A stretch of DNA of 63,594 bases, filler included, from Basidiobolus ranarum (GCA_040143965.1; 47 parts of 47 records of this genome joined end to end with filler, not necessarily neighbours in it); one strand, 5' to 3'; shown: positions 35,473 through 48,630, numbered from the whole stretch's first letter. Notes: generated from the sequence alone by a model not told the origin. Numbers and translations are program-made.

Positions 35473-36382
35473 ATATTGTAAACCAAATTTAAGCTAATTC
35501 CTGATTTTAAACTCTTGAATTCCATACAACAATAATCAGTTGTGCAAACATTACTATTCATGCAGCACATCAATTTTCATCGTACATTTACAAATAAATC
35601 ATAATTATTCCAACCACTTTAACTAATCCTAGTATCTAATTCTTTCGTAGAAACATGTTTTTGCCAGTGAAGGTTTGGGTCTTGAGCAGTACATTTTCTC
35701 CAAGGTTATTCCTTAGCAGGCGATTCTGGCAGTGGAATTTTCATGTATCATGCAAGGTATACATGCATTATTGATGATTGAAGTAGATTCATACTGTAGT
35801 TATGTTGTTATATTTATACGAATGCTTCAAGCACTGGCAAGTTACTGATAATCTGCAATCATTATTAGTACTTTAGAGCTCGTAGGTGATGCGCGGACAT
35901 TCTAGGAAAGCCTGGGGTGCCAACTGATATGTATACTTGCTATTTTCTTATGTGATTATGCGCATGCGATCGCGAAGCAGATGGTATCAGTAATAAAGCC
36001 AGTTTGGATAGAAAATATGCAGCCCGGAGAAAGCTTAAATTCCTATTTCCGTGACTACATTAAGAATTTCGTCACATTTTGAGAGATTGGAATTTAGTCC
36101 AAGTGCATTCTTACTCTACTCTAGTACTCAAAGATTCCTACGTTGGATTCTCGGGCATGAATGTACATTCAGTTCGAATTACCGCGGATTTTCAAACCAA
36201 GGCATCTCTAAAGGGTTGGATTCGCTTTACATCATGTCGTTGAGCGATCGATTTTAAATTTACCGCTAGAGTCATATAAATATGGATGTCTGTCCTGATT
36301 AGTATTCAATAACGTCAACTTGACTTCTCTGTGTGTATCTCTTTCAATAGTATAACAGAAGAACTCCTACAATTAGCATCAA

Positions 36383-36561
36383 ATGATACCATCAAGTCTA
36401 GCCAGAATCATCTCTACCCTCGTCGCGTTGCTTCCTATAGTTCATGCGTAGGTTGATTCAATACAAATACACCCTTCCACGATGTCTTTAGTAATAATCA
36501 TTTGCCTTGCTATAGATATCCCCCTACTTCAGATTATCTTCAACTAAATGTCTCGGGACGG
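36383..36561 (+). CDS. Probable secreted protein, first exon plus intron
   Basis: MIPSSLARIISTLVALLPIVHA signal-like peptide, GTAGGT donor at 36448, candidate acceptors at 36515 or 36532, TATAAA at about 36275. Confidence 0.4.
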
Positions 36562-36661
36562 NNNNNNNNNNNNNNNNNNNNNNNNNNNNNNNNNNNNNNN
36601 NNNNNTTAATTAATTAANNNNNNNNNNNNNNNNNNNNNNNNNNNNNNNNNNNNNNNNNNNN

Positions 36662-37076
36662 TTGCACCTCTGCGTAATAGTACTGGTAGACATTCCTTTA
36701 ACAGCTAGCTCAGGGCTCATAACCTGATAAAAGTGTTTAGGGGATTTGGAAGTATTTTGGACAAGATTTGGATTTGTGAATTAGACACTTAAGTTTTATT
36801 GAATTGAATATGTGACATTTAAAGTATACTATGAAGTAGGACTATTGGATGTGTTTAGATCATAACAAACATGCCTGTAAAGCATGGGTGAAAATTTGAG
36901 GTGATTTGGAAAAGTTTTGAGAAAATAGTGAAAATTGGTAAAAGTGATCTAATTGATATTTTAATCAATTAGAGCAATAAACACACATTTTTGAATGATG
37001 GAATTGAGTACTAAATAATCAGAATATGAATAAACTAACTACTTAATAATGAGTTGATATTTACCTAATTTCAACA
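36662..37076 (-). mobile_element. Copia LTR C2 (36725-37076), PBS and gag start
   Basis: TGTTGAAATTAGG...TTTTATCA followed by GGTTATGAGCCCTG on the minus strand. Confidence 0.88.
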
Positions 37077-37318
37077 ATTACTTTGCAGCGCTGGAACGTA
37101 GATAAGGCTTGAGATTTTGATTTGAGAAAGATTATTCCAGTATATCTTGTTTTGGCATCAGTAAAGTTCAGAAAGTACCATTTGCCATTTAGTGAGACAT
37201 TTTTCATGGATTCCATAGGTCAGAATAAGTTAGGGAAAATTCTAAGCAGATTTGATCTTGCCAGAGCTTGAAAACAGCTGTCTGTGATGTTTACTGTATA
37301 AACAACCTTTGCACAGAT

Positions 37319-37820
37319 CTAGTTTAGTGATGGTGTAGCTGAATTTTCATCTAAATTCAGCACAACGGTGCTCTTACCAACTGCAAGTAGTGCATAGTAG
37401 TCACATAAGCAAACTTTGCATATTTCAATAGGTTTTAAGCTGTGAAACAAATCTCTCTTGTTTGAAATATGCCTGGATGCTCCAGAATTAATGTACCACA
37501 TTTCTGATTCTTATTTAGTACCTACTGATAGGGCAGACACAAACAGATGATTTCTATCAGTGCTTACTTGATTTGCTAGTTCTATTTTTGCTTTTTGCCA
37601 AAAATCCTGTTTCCACAATGTTTGATTAAATGGCCTGGTTTCTTGCAATACTTCCAACTAACTGACTTCCTAGTATCAGCACCATTATAGAAGCCTGTTA
37701 GATGTTCAACAGCTCCAAAAAGTTCCTGATCTGCATTATATAGCTGAGAATTTGATCTCCTTAATTCCCCATAAAAAAGCCTAGCACCAACATATTCCAT
37801 TGTCAAAGGCTCCAATCTTG
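37319..37820 (-). mobile_element. Copia gag-protease fragment
   Basis: WKYCKKPGHLIKHC and WYINSGASRHI. Confidence 0.85.
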
Positions 37821-38015
37821 ATATCAGGAATAATAACGATAAGTTCAGTAAATCCTGTATACTCGGTAATAGGATTAATATCAGTATTTGTAATAAGTGC
37901 TATCTATTTAATAATNNNNNNNNNNNNNNNNNNNNNNNNNNNNNNNNNNNNNNNNNNNNTTAATTAATTAANNNNNNNNNNNNNNNNNNNNNNNNNNNNN
38001 NNNNNNNNNNNNNNN

Positions 38016-39269
38016 TGCAAATCTCTCACCTGCAGTGTCCTCAACCAAGCCTGAGGTGGTTTCATTGCCTAAATTGGTACCAGAAGTTGTAGTGCCAATT
38101 TCCCATCTTAGGAGATCCAATTGGATGAGATCTCTGCCTGATTACTACTCTCACACTAGCCAAAAGGAGCCTAGTGCTAATTTAGCCTTTTCTGATGAAC
38201 CCAAATCAGTACAGGAGGCTATGGAGAGTCCCAACATGAAGTTTTGGAGTGCTGCAATGGCAGAGGAGTATCAGTCACTCATAGATAACCAAACTTGGAC
38301 TTTGGTTAAGTTACCTGATGACCAAAAATCAATTGGATGCAAATGGGTGTTTAAAGTTAAACAGCAAGCTGATGGATCTGTAGAAAGATATAACCCCAGA
38401 CTTGTGGCTAAAGGATACTCTTAAATGGAAGGAGTGGACTACAATGAAGCATTTGCTCCTGTAGCAAAGTTTAATTTTATCAGAACCACAATAGCAGTAG
38501 CAGCAAAACGCAGCTTAAAAATCGATCAAATTGATGTTAATGCTGCTTTTTTGAATGAGGACTTGGAAGAGAATATAGTCATGGAGCAACCAGATGGTTT
38601 TGTGGATCCTGAACACCCTGAGGACATGTGTAAGCTACAAAAATCACTTTATGGACTTAAACAATCACCCAGGGCCTGGCACACTAAGATAGACATATTC
38701 TTGGAATCACTTGATTTCCACAAGAGTACAGCATATTTTGGGATCTACTTTAAGACAGATAAGGGCAATAATGTGATACTTGTCTTATATGTTGACAATC
38801 TGATTATAGCTACCAATAATGATGAAGCTCTTAGGAACACCAAAAGAGATCTATCAGTCCAATTCAAGATGACCAATTTAGGTGAACTTACATATTTTTT
38901 GGGCCTGCAGATCCATACAGATATATTGAGCAAATCTATTACTCTAAATCTATCTATATACATCTCACACATTCTCAGAAATTACAGGATGGGGAATTGT
39001 AAGCCAGTATCAACTCCATAGATCCAGATGTGAAACTAGTCAAAAATCCCATCCAAAATAATGAAAGTTGGCCAAATATGGCTCAAAATATGTCATTTGA
39101 AAGCCCTGAGTGCCCTTATCAGTCTATGGTAGGTAGTTTGATCTATGTTACAACTGGAACCCAGCCAGATATCTCTTTTGCAGTGGGAGTAATTAGCCAA
39201 CATGTGCAAAACCCAGGATCTGAGCATTATGGAGCAGTTAAGTGGATTTTCAGATATTTGAAGGACACA
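38016..39269 (+). mobile_element. Copia reverse transcriptase (few stops)
   Basis: EPKSVQEAM, IGCKWVFKVK, RLVAKGYS, DVNAAFLN, LYGLKQSPRAW, LYVDNL, YQSMVGSL. Confidence 0.95.
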
Positions 39270-39369
39270 NNNNNNNNNNNNNNNNNNNNNNNNNNNNNNN
39301 NNNNNNNNNNNNNTTAATTAATTAANNNNNNNNNNNNNNNNNNNNNNNNNNNNNNNNNNNNNNNNNNNN

Positions 39370-40623
39370 ATCTCTATATCTATATAACTAGTATAACTTA
39401 TTACCCCCACTTATCTATTATATCTGATTACACAAACTCCTGAATATCTCAAACAATGGATTTACTTTTCTACTTTATAAGTAACCATATACTCTTAAGA
39501 ATAAAGTAAATAGAACATACTAGCATAAGTTGCTTATAATACTCAAAGTCTACCCCCATTATGTCAAGATCCTCCAACATGGTAGCAGCAAGTGAATTAG
39601 AGTCTTCATCCCAACAGGAGATTACTAGTATTCTAACATTCAATGGGGAAGATTTCCATGAATGGAAATTCAAGATGCCACTTGTGCTTGAAGAGAAACA
39701 TGTCTGGGAAGTAGTTCAACCCGATGAAGAAGAAGAAACTCTGAAGAAGAAAGTACAGATTCTGACACTGAAACAAAGAAGCCAACACGTAAAGAAGCCA
39801 GGGCAGCCTTCAAAGAAAAAGACAGATTGGCTTTTAGGGAAATATGTCTAAGATGGGGATCACAACAACTTATGCTAGTCAGAGATGCTCACTCTGCCAA
39901 GAATGCATGGGAAATCTTAGTGGAACATAATGAGCAAAAAGGGCTTGCTCACTTGATGATGCTACAAAGGAAATTTTAAACTCCATTATGTCTGAGGATT
40001 CAGATATTATGACATATGTAAATGGTGTCAAGAAACTTGCCCAATAACTGGAATCAGTGAATTATAAAGTACCTGAAATGGATATAATTCTTCCTATAAT
40101 CAATGGTATCCCTGAATCATATTCATTCCTTGTACTCACTTTGGAAGCAATTGTGGATAAGCTTACTTGGCATTATCTGATCACTTGTCTTTGTCAAGAA
40201 GAGTGTAAAAGGAAACACAAAAATCAGCTTGCAGATGAAACAAAATCTACACAAGCATTTTATTCTCAAAATAGCCAACCAGAAAGGAGCATGGTGAAAT
40301 GTTACAAATGTGGAAAACTAGGACACAGCATGTTACTGCAGATCAAAGAAGAAATGGGTTTCAAAGAAAAAGGAAGCATAAAATATCATTAAAAGAGGAA
40401 ATGAACACCAAGTACTTATGGCAACCTCTAAATCAGAAAATGGCACCGCTGATGTATGGATTCTAGATTCTGATGCAAGTGATCATATGTGTCACAATAG
40501 AAATATAATGCATGACTATAAGGAAATAGAACCTCTGGACATTGTGGTAGCTGGAAGAAACAAACTGGCTGCATACAGAATGGGAAAGGTCACACTTGAC
40601 TTACATATAAGTAAAACCAAAAG
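39370..40623 (+). mobile_element. Copia 5' end: LTR C3, PBS TGGTAGCAG, gag and protease
   Basis: LTR ends CCAACA at 39579; FNGEDFHEWKFKM; CYKCGKLGH; WILDSDASDHMC. Confidence 0.92.
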
Positions 40624-40723
40624 NNNNNNNNNNNNNNNNNNNNNNNNNNNNNNNNNNNNNNNNNNNNTTAATTAATTAANNNNNNNNNNNNNNNNNNNNN
40701 NNNNNNNNNNNNNNNNNNNNNNN

Positions 40724-40832
40724 TTTCCAAAATGGTAAATAACATTGTGCCGGATAGTGCCCAATCATGCCAATTTGTGCTGGCACACTTTTTAGCTGGC
40801 CTGATCTGGCTCAATAAAATGGAACAAGTCTA
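40724..40832 (-). repeat. Unclassified repeat terminus (TAGAC...), possible DNA transposon end
   Basis: Nearly identical to 46377-46485; both copies end abruptly at GGAACAAGTCT next to unrelated retroelement sequence. Confidence 0.55.
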
Positions 40833-41620
40833 TACTTCAAGACTAGCAAAGCCACCAAAGTGATAATTGCTCTCTATGTTGATGATATCATAATAGTTAG
40901 TAATTGCCCAAATCTGATCAAACAAACTAAGATCTGGCTATCTACCTAGTGTGAAATGCTAGATCTTGGATCACTAGCATATTGTTGTGGAATGCAGATA
41001 CATCAAAATTCCACTATTGGTGCACTCTGTATTACACAAGAAAAAAATATTTGAGAAGTTTTAAACAGATTCAATATGTCCAAATGAAAAACAGCTTCAA
41101 GTCCACTACATATGCTGAAACTCACTAAGTATATGGAACCAAAGATCTCTGAAATTATTGAAATCATTAATCATATTCCTTACCTTAGTGCAGTTGGAAG
41201 TCTTATATATGCAACAACTGGTACTAGGCCTGATATTGCTACAGCAGTAAGCATAGTAACAAATATATGGAAAATCCTGCAATGGAACATTGGATAGCTG
41301 TGAAACAGATAATACAATATCAGAGAGGAACAATACATCATGGAATTCAATTTAGTAAGCAGTACAACATGACACTTATTTTGATGAACTAGATATGTAT
41401 TTAAGCTAGCAGGTGGGCCAATAAGCTGGATTGGCAAGAAACAACAAACGGTTGCATTATCAACTACAGAAGCAGAATATATGGCAAGCTCTATAAGCTA
41501 TATGGCTAAGGAGTCTTCTCAAGGAACTAGGATATGATTAAGTTAATCCTACCCCAATATATCAAGATAATATTTGTTATGTACAGATCACCAAGAATCC
41601 TGAGCATCACTCAAGGATGA
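40833..41620 (+). mobile_element. Copia RT-RNase H (degenerate)
   Basis: IALYVDDII, PYLSAVGSLIYATTGTRPDIA, KKQQTVALSTTEAEYMA. Confidence 0.9.
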
Positions 41621-42076
41621 AATCCAGTAATTTGCTATTTGAAAGTTAGATTTTTGTAAAAATTGCTGGATATTGCTACTAATCTTGCTTTGTACCAGTT
41701 GATAGATCCATCTGAGTTAAGTTTCAGTTTCAGAATCCATTTATTCCCAAAGGTTTTTCAACCTGTACATAAGTCCACAAGGGTCATTGCGTTATTCTAC
41801 CTTGGGGAGTGAATTTTATCATTAATGGCTTTTCTCCATTATGCTGCTTCATAAGATCTCAGAGATTGTGTCAAATTTTCTGGTTCAGAAAAGACTACAT
41901 GTAAGGCTATATTCCACCCTTTTTCACAATTGAATCTATGGATTTCATGCTCCAATTTAAGACATCTAAAGTCCTTNNNNNNNNNNNNNNNNNNNNNNNN
42001 NNNNNNNNNNNNNNNNNNNNTTAATTAATTAANNNNNNNNNNNNNNNNNNNNNNNNNNNNNNNNNNNNNNNNNNNN

Positions 42077-43043
42077 CTTATTTCACAAGATCCAATATCT
42101 ACAGAATCATATGAAGTAGAAGCCATAGTTGATCATGATGGTGAAGAACCCAACTGCCTTTACTTGGTGAAGTGGAAAGGTTATGATGCACAACACAATA
42201 CCTGGAAGTCCTACAGCTACTTTGATGATATCTCCATCATTGATCAATATTGTAAACATAGCAGATCACCTATCAAGAGTAGTCCTCATCCAGGGAGGGA
42301 ATGATGTTGTGCATTGACATAAAAAGTTGTTTAACTTACGCCATTTTTATACAACTTGCATGAATATCTGCTTAGTTTATCATTATTGCTAACCATTCAC
42401 CTGACCTTATTCAGTACTCTATCATGTGACTTATCACATGACTAAATATGTGTTCTTTTATCCCTTCAATCATATCACATGATCAGTCACTTTAGCATTA
42501 ACCAATCAGTATTAACCTCTGAGTCATCTGTCTGGACAAAAATCAACATGAATCACAAGAGTCATAACCGATGATCTTTCACTGCCAAGACTTCAGCTGA
42601 TACATGACTCACTTCTCTATCTATCTATCTATCCAATCACATTTTCTTGTATCAGAATTAGTCATCTAATTTCTTGGTGCTGATTAATTCACTCTGCCAT
42701 GCAAAAGTATAAATAAAGCTAACTGAACCTTTTGATTTAGTGTGTGTCTCAACAAATATAGGATCTCAACACTTCTTAGTGTTTGTCAACAAATTCAGTA
42801 TTCCTTTCTCATTTCTATCCATGCATAGTATCCACTAGCATTTACTGAACACCAAGCCTTGCAGCCTAGCAAATCTACTCTCTACTGTAACATTGCAACC
42901 CACTGCTATTCCCAAGACATATATGAGTTAGATATGCTATGCTAATATATCCTGCATAAACAGTTCTAAGGTTCTACACTTAACTCTTTCTTTGGTTCAG
43001 TAAAGGTCAAGACTTTTTATCCACTTTTCTCTTGGACACAACA
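42077..43043 (+). mobile_element. Chromovirus 3' end: chromodomain, PPT and complete LTR G2 (42305-43043)
   Basis: YEVEAIVDHDGEEPNCLYLVKWKGYDATHNTW; AGGGAGGGAA PPT; LTR TGTTGTG...CACAACA. Confidence 0.92.
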
Positions 43044-43874
43044 CTGCTTCTGTTATTGAAAGTGCTATTGTAGGTTGTTTCTTTGAATTCCAAGAAATAG
43101 CTCCATTACAGCAAAGAAATGAGTATCTGTTGTAGATCTCCTGTCTTCAATATCTCTTCCCCAATTTACATCACAATATCTTCTCAGATCAAAGTGTGAT
43201 CCAGAATATGTGTATTTCAAGCACAGATCCACAGTATCTTTCAAATATCTAAAAATCTGCTTAACTGCTATGATTTGATTAGATTTGTAACTTTGAAGAT
43301 ATTGCCACATAACTCCGACAGAATATACANNNNNNNNNNNNNNNNNNNNNNNNNNNNNNNNNNNNNNNNNNNNTTAATTAATTAANNNNNNNNNNNNNNN
43401 NNNNNNNNNNNNNNNNNNNNNNNNNNNNNCAATGGTATATAAGCCAAATATGACCAATATTTACCTGATTCAGTGATTGCCAATTGTGTGCCAATAGTAC
43501 ATGACTTCAGGTTTTTTGGATCACTGGTGCAAACAAACAACCATTTGGACATGAAGGTAATTTAATTACTGAAGGATTATAAGTCATACAACTGACAAGT
43601 GTTTTCCACTTGTACCATGCATGCCCTAACAGAAATTTGAGGATTGTTATCAATGGAAAACTGTCACAATTTGAATCCATTTGGGATTGACCCTTTAATT
43701 ACTATCATAAAATAATCAAGTTAGATTTGATTTTCTTCAATTTTTCAGTTTTAGGAGTGAAATTTCAAGATCTTGCAAAATAGTTGCCCATGATGACTAC
43801 AATGTCAGCAAACTATGGATCAATACATGTGTAAAAAATATAACTCAAATTTTACACATTTATCAGTTGAACGC

Positions 43875-44682
43875 TGATTCAACTTCTGATATACTACCAT
43901 TGGTACTGGAATAACTGAGGTCAACATCTAGCAGCAAGTCCTCAAGTTGTTTGGACTTACTGGTTTGACCAAAGTTGCATTTTGACCTCCATCATTCTGG
44001 TCATATAACTGTGGTAACTCCATGGTATCTTGACTTTTGGCAGTGTTACCAAAAGTTTGAGGCAAACTACAGTCAGTGGACTCAATAGGCAAAACTAAAG
44101 TCGATTTAGTGCACTTTTTACTGTTGTTGTACACCAGGCTTTGTGCAGCTGGTGACTTTGTACAGTGACCATGCTTGTGATTATTTTCTCTATGAAGCCT
44201 CTGGCTTTTATAGCACAAGAATTTGTGACAATAATAGCAGGACTTCTTTAAATATTTGTGTTGTGGCATGAGTGGGATATTGTAGAAAAAAAAACACCTC
44301 CCATGTAAGGATGGTATTTTAGGTATAGCCCATCAATATCATCAGCTGATTCTGAGACAGTGTCACAGATGAGTCATCAGGGGATTTACAAGATATTTCC
44401 GGTAATGGATGGCAATTTTGGTTTACTATAAGCTGTTTCTAAGCAATTTCATTACACCAAGTTTACCATCTGAAAATCTCAATGCCATTCAAAAAGCTTT
44501 CAAAATCTAAGTCAAAATTGGCTTCAAGCCAAAGCCTGCTGGCATGAAAGGAAAAAAACCAGCAAGAACAGAGGACTTGATTGATGAGCAGTCTAGCAAT
44601 CCACTATCCACTTTGGAAGGCATTAACTTGCTGGGAACTAACTCAAGTAATGTTGAAGCATTAATCAACTTACCAGATGTGT
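43875..44682. mobile_element. CACTA-like central region: transposase start (-, 44269) and ORF2 start (+, 44482), head-to-head
   Basis: MPQHKYLKKSCYYCHK...NATLVKPVSP links to the 18085 transposase segment; the same arrangement appears inverted at 53560-54147. Confidence 0.7.
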
Positions 44683-44889
44683 NNNNNNNNNNNNNNNNNN
44701 NNNNNNNNNNNNNNNNNNNNNNNNNNTTAATTAATTAANNNNNNNNNNNNNNNNNNNNNNNNNNNNNNNNNNNNNNNNNNNNAAAATGTATAAATGCTTA
44801 ATTTCTGGTCAATAAATAATTATCTCACAAAGCTATTCACAACTCCACTTTTCTAAAGTTCCTCCAAACAGCCCATATTTTCCCAATAA

Positions 44890-45645
44890 ATTTGTCACCT
44901 GTGCAATCTCTGGTTTCTTTCATATATTCTCCTGAATATTTGGATAGAGTTCTTCATACCCATGGTTTAACTCATATCCAACACAAGTTTGTAACAATAT
45001 CTCTCTCAAAGCCCACCTGTGTATCAACATTGCTGAATTATCATGCTTCCAGCTATTTGGCAGACACCCTGCAATATTGTGCCACTTGGTATTAAGTTCT
45101 TCAAAGATATCTGCATGGTCAACACTGGACTGAATGTCAAGTTGGATATTCTTCTTCTGAAGCCACTTTCTGCATCCTTGCATTACATTTTTCCCTTCAT
45201 ACTTTTGAAAATTCTTCTCAGGCACTTTTACCATTTTTATATGCCCTTGTAGTGTGACATTACTGAGTGTGCTTTGCAGTGTTTGTGCAGCTTTTTGCTT
45301 GCCTTTAACTTTGGGGCTAATTTCAACACTTTGAAAAGTGCTAGTTGAGGTTGGAGAGCTATGGGTTTTATTTGATGTTGCTTTGGCTCATCAAGAGGTG
45401 CCAGGTGTTAGATAAACTTCCAAATTTAGCACTGTTCCAACTGGTGTACCTGGTTCCATGGTGAAATTAATCTTTTTTGCTAGTATATCTGACTCTGTAA
45501 ATACAGATTGTCATAATGGTGTGAAGAATTTGGTAAGTGGGACAGTAGAGCCTAAGCTCACTGGCTCCTTTCCTTTTCTCTTGGGTTTACTAACTTCCTG
45601 CTCCTTGAGTACTTCTTTAGCTGCTTTTCTTTCTTTTCCAAGTTA
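44890..45645 (-). mobile_element. CACTA-like ORF2 fragment
   Basis: Homologous to 62900-63594. Confidence 0.75.
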
Positions 45646-46900
45646 AAATTAGTGTACATTTTTGAATGGTTTCTTGAATATGCCTATACTAGCCCTATTG
45701 CCATTTGCTTGCAAATACCCATGATAAGTCACACTGAATAAGTCAAGAACTTTCAGAGTAACACCTGGGTTTTAGTTTTCCCACAATTGGCTCAAATCAT
45801 AGTGATTTTGGGCAAGCTCTCACAAAGTTTCCAAAATGTCAAACCACTAATCTATTGGGAAAATATGGGCTGTTTGGAGGAACTTTAGAAAAGTGAAGTT
45901 GTGAATAGCTTTGTGAGATAATTGTTTATTGACCAGAAATTAAGCATTTATACATTTTGGTGGAAATACAGAAAACTAACACTGGGGTTGTGTTCAGAAC
46001 ATCTGTGGGAGTAAAATGAGCTATCTTTGGGGCAANNNNNNNNNNNNNNNNNNNNNNNNNNNNNNNNNNNNNNNNNNNNTTAATTAATTAANNNNNNNNN
46101 NNNNNNNNNNNNNNNNNNNNNNNNNNNNNNNNNNNTTTCCTAAAGAGATATAGCATTGTAGCAGGAAAGTATAGAGGAAAATCATTTTGTGGGCCTCAAT
46201 CATAGTTAGGCAAAGTAGTCAAAATCTTGATTAATTCTCAATACATTCATACTCAAAGATATCCATTGAGAGCTCTAGACTTAAGACACTATAGATAAAG
46301 CTTCCATCATCTTTTGAATGTGCAATAATGTCTAGAAGTACTTTTCTTTAATATACCACATAAGTAATATAAACTCTTTCCAAAACGGTAAATAACATTG
46401 TGCCAGATAGTGCCCAATCATGCCAATTTGTGCTGGCACACTTTTTAGCTTGCCTGATCTGGCTCAATAAAATGGAACAAGTCTTTTATACTTTTCCCCA
46501 GCTTTGTCTGCATAGGCAAGGAACTTTTGATATCCTTGGATAAATCTCTACAAGTCCATCTGAGTTCAAGACCCTGCTGGCCCAGTTTAGAGTTGTTTTT
46601 GATTGGATTTACCCTTTTTATCCGATCATTCTCAAAGGACACTGAAGCCAGTATATTCTTTTGTAAGGCACCAACATAGTATTCAACAGAAAGCTGGACA
46701 TTGCATTGTGGTTTATCAGTCCTTAGACATTTCTAGAGGCTTGATTCCCTTTAACAAACACCCAAGAGGCAAGAGACAGACCCATGTTAAAGTACATCCC
46801 AGAGTTATTCAACCATGGTTTTTGCACCCTTTGAGCACCTCACAAAACCCTCAGGATATTGCAGTCATAGTTGCTGCTTACACCCTAAAACAACTACATT

Positions 46901-47388
46901 TGGCACCCAACATGGGGGGTTCAACTGAATCTCTCTGAAGAGTTACAACAAGAAAGACTACTACTAGTACAACACATTCAACATGTCAAACCCAATACGT
47001 ACCCTAAGTGTGAAGAAAGTCCTCCTTACAAGTCAGGAGAATTCAGTACTAATGGAGATGCTCCAGAAGAGCAGGGAACAACAGCAACCAAGACCAGAAG
47101 AACCATTGACAAAAAGCAGAACTGGTGATGTTCAGGAAGAACTATCCAACATTAGCAAGAAACTTGAACATCTCACTTTGAAGATTGAGAGCAAGTCCTA
47201 CCAAGGAGGCACCTATCAATCTTCCTACCCATCTAATGTTGTATGGTGTGACTCAACCTAGCTTTCTAAGAAGAACTGTCCTGAATTGAATGAACTACTT
47301 GACAAAGGAGAGCTCCAATTGGACTCAAGAGAGTTTATACTTGATTGTAATGGCAGAAATGTCAGGCCAAACTTTGGAAGGGGAGGTA
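46901..47388 (+). mobile_element. Gypsy family G3: tRNA-Lys PBS and internally deleted gag
   Basis: TGGCACCCAACATGGGG equals TGGCGCCCAACGTGGGG with two CpG>CpA changes; WCDST*LSKKNCPEL...RPNFGRGG is a zinc-knuckle-like region. Confidence 0.65.
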
Positions 47389-47488
47389 NNNNNNNNNNNN
47401 NNNNNNNNNNNNNNNNNNNNNNNNNNNNNNNNTTAATTAATTAANNNNNNNNNNNNNNNNNNNNNNNNNNNNNNNNNNNNNNNNNNNN

Positions 47489-48630
47489 TTAAAACTATCC
47501 CCAAGAGGTTGAAATGATACGATAGATGCCTTTTTGGAAACACTCAAATTCCAAAAGAGTAATGCTAACTATAGTATCTACTTCAGGCCAGATAAGACAA
47601 ACCCAGTTCTATTAGCCTTATATGCAGATAACCTTATTATAGCAACTAATGACTTGAAGACTTTCAAGAAAACCAAATCCAGCTTATTTGTCAAATTCAA
47701 ATTGACTGATCTTGGTGAACTGACATACTATCTTGGAATCCAAATTAAGATATATAGAGCTACCAAAATAATAACTTTAAACCAGTACAAATATCCTCAT
47801 TATATTAAATAAGTTTAAAATGGAAGAATGTAATCAAGTATCTACTCCAGTTGAGACCAATCTTAACTTGAACAATATTAGCTTAATTCAGACATTTTTG
47901 GATACAAGTGAAAGCCAGAAATTTCCTTATCAATCTATGGTTGGTAGCTTGATGTATGGCATGGTTTGAACATGGCCAGAAATTGAATATTCTGTGGGTG
48001 GCATGTGCCAATATCTTCAAAATTATGCATTTGATCAAATTGTAGTGGCTAAGTGGATTTTGAGATATTTTCAAGTTACTGTGGATCTGTGCTTAAAATG
48101 CACATATTTTGGATCAAAGTTTGATATCATGAGATACTCAGATGCAAAGTGGGGAAGAGATATTGAAGACAGGAGATCTACAACAGGATACTTCTTTCTT
48201 TGCCCTAATGGAGCTATTTCTTGGAATTCAAAGGAACAACCTACCATAGCACTCTCATAAACAGAAGCAGAATACAGGGCTACCTGTGAAGCAACAAAAA
48301 AGCAATATGGTTCAGAAAACTCTTAACAGATTTAGGTTATTCTCCAAGTTCACCTACTGCAATATTTCAAGATATTCAAAGTTGTATCAAATTAGCTAAA
48401 AATGCAATGTTTCATAATAGAAGCACACATTTACATACTTAGCAGCACTTCATTAGAGAGACTGTAAAGAATAAGTTTGCTGACTTAGCTTATTGTAGTA
48501 CAGAAGACATGATTGCTGATACATTAACCCAACCATTAGCTTGACAGAAATATGAGAAATTTATACCTTTATTAAGATTAGTTTATACAACTATTTAGTA
48601 GAGAGAGAGTATTGAAATTAGGATTGCCCA
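47489..48630 (+). mobile_element. Copia RT-RNase H, PPT and start of 3' LTR
   Basis: LALYADNLII, YSDAKWGRDIEDRRSTTGY, AISWNSKEQPTIALS, MIADTLTQPL; purine tract at about 48600. Confidence 0.9.
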
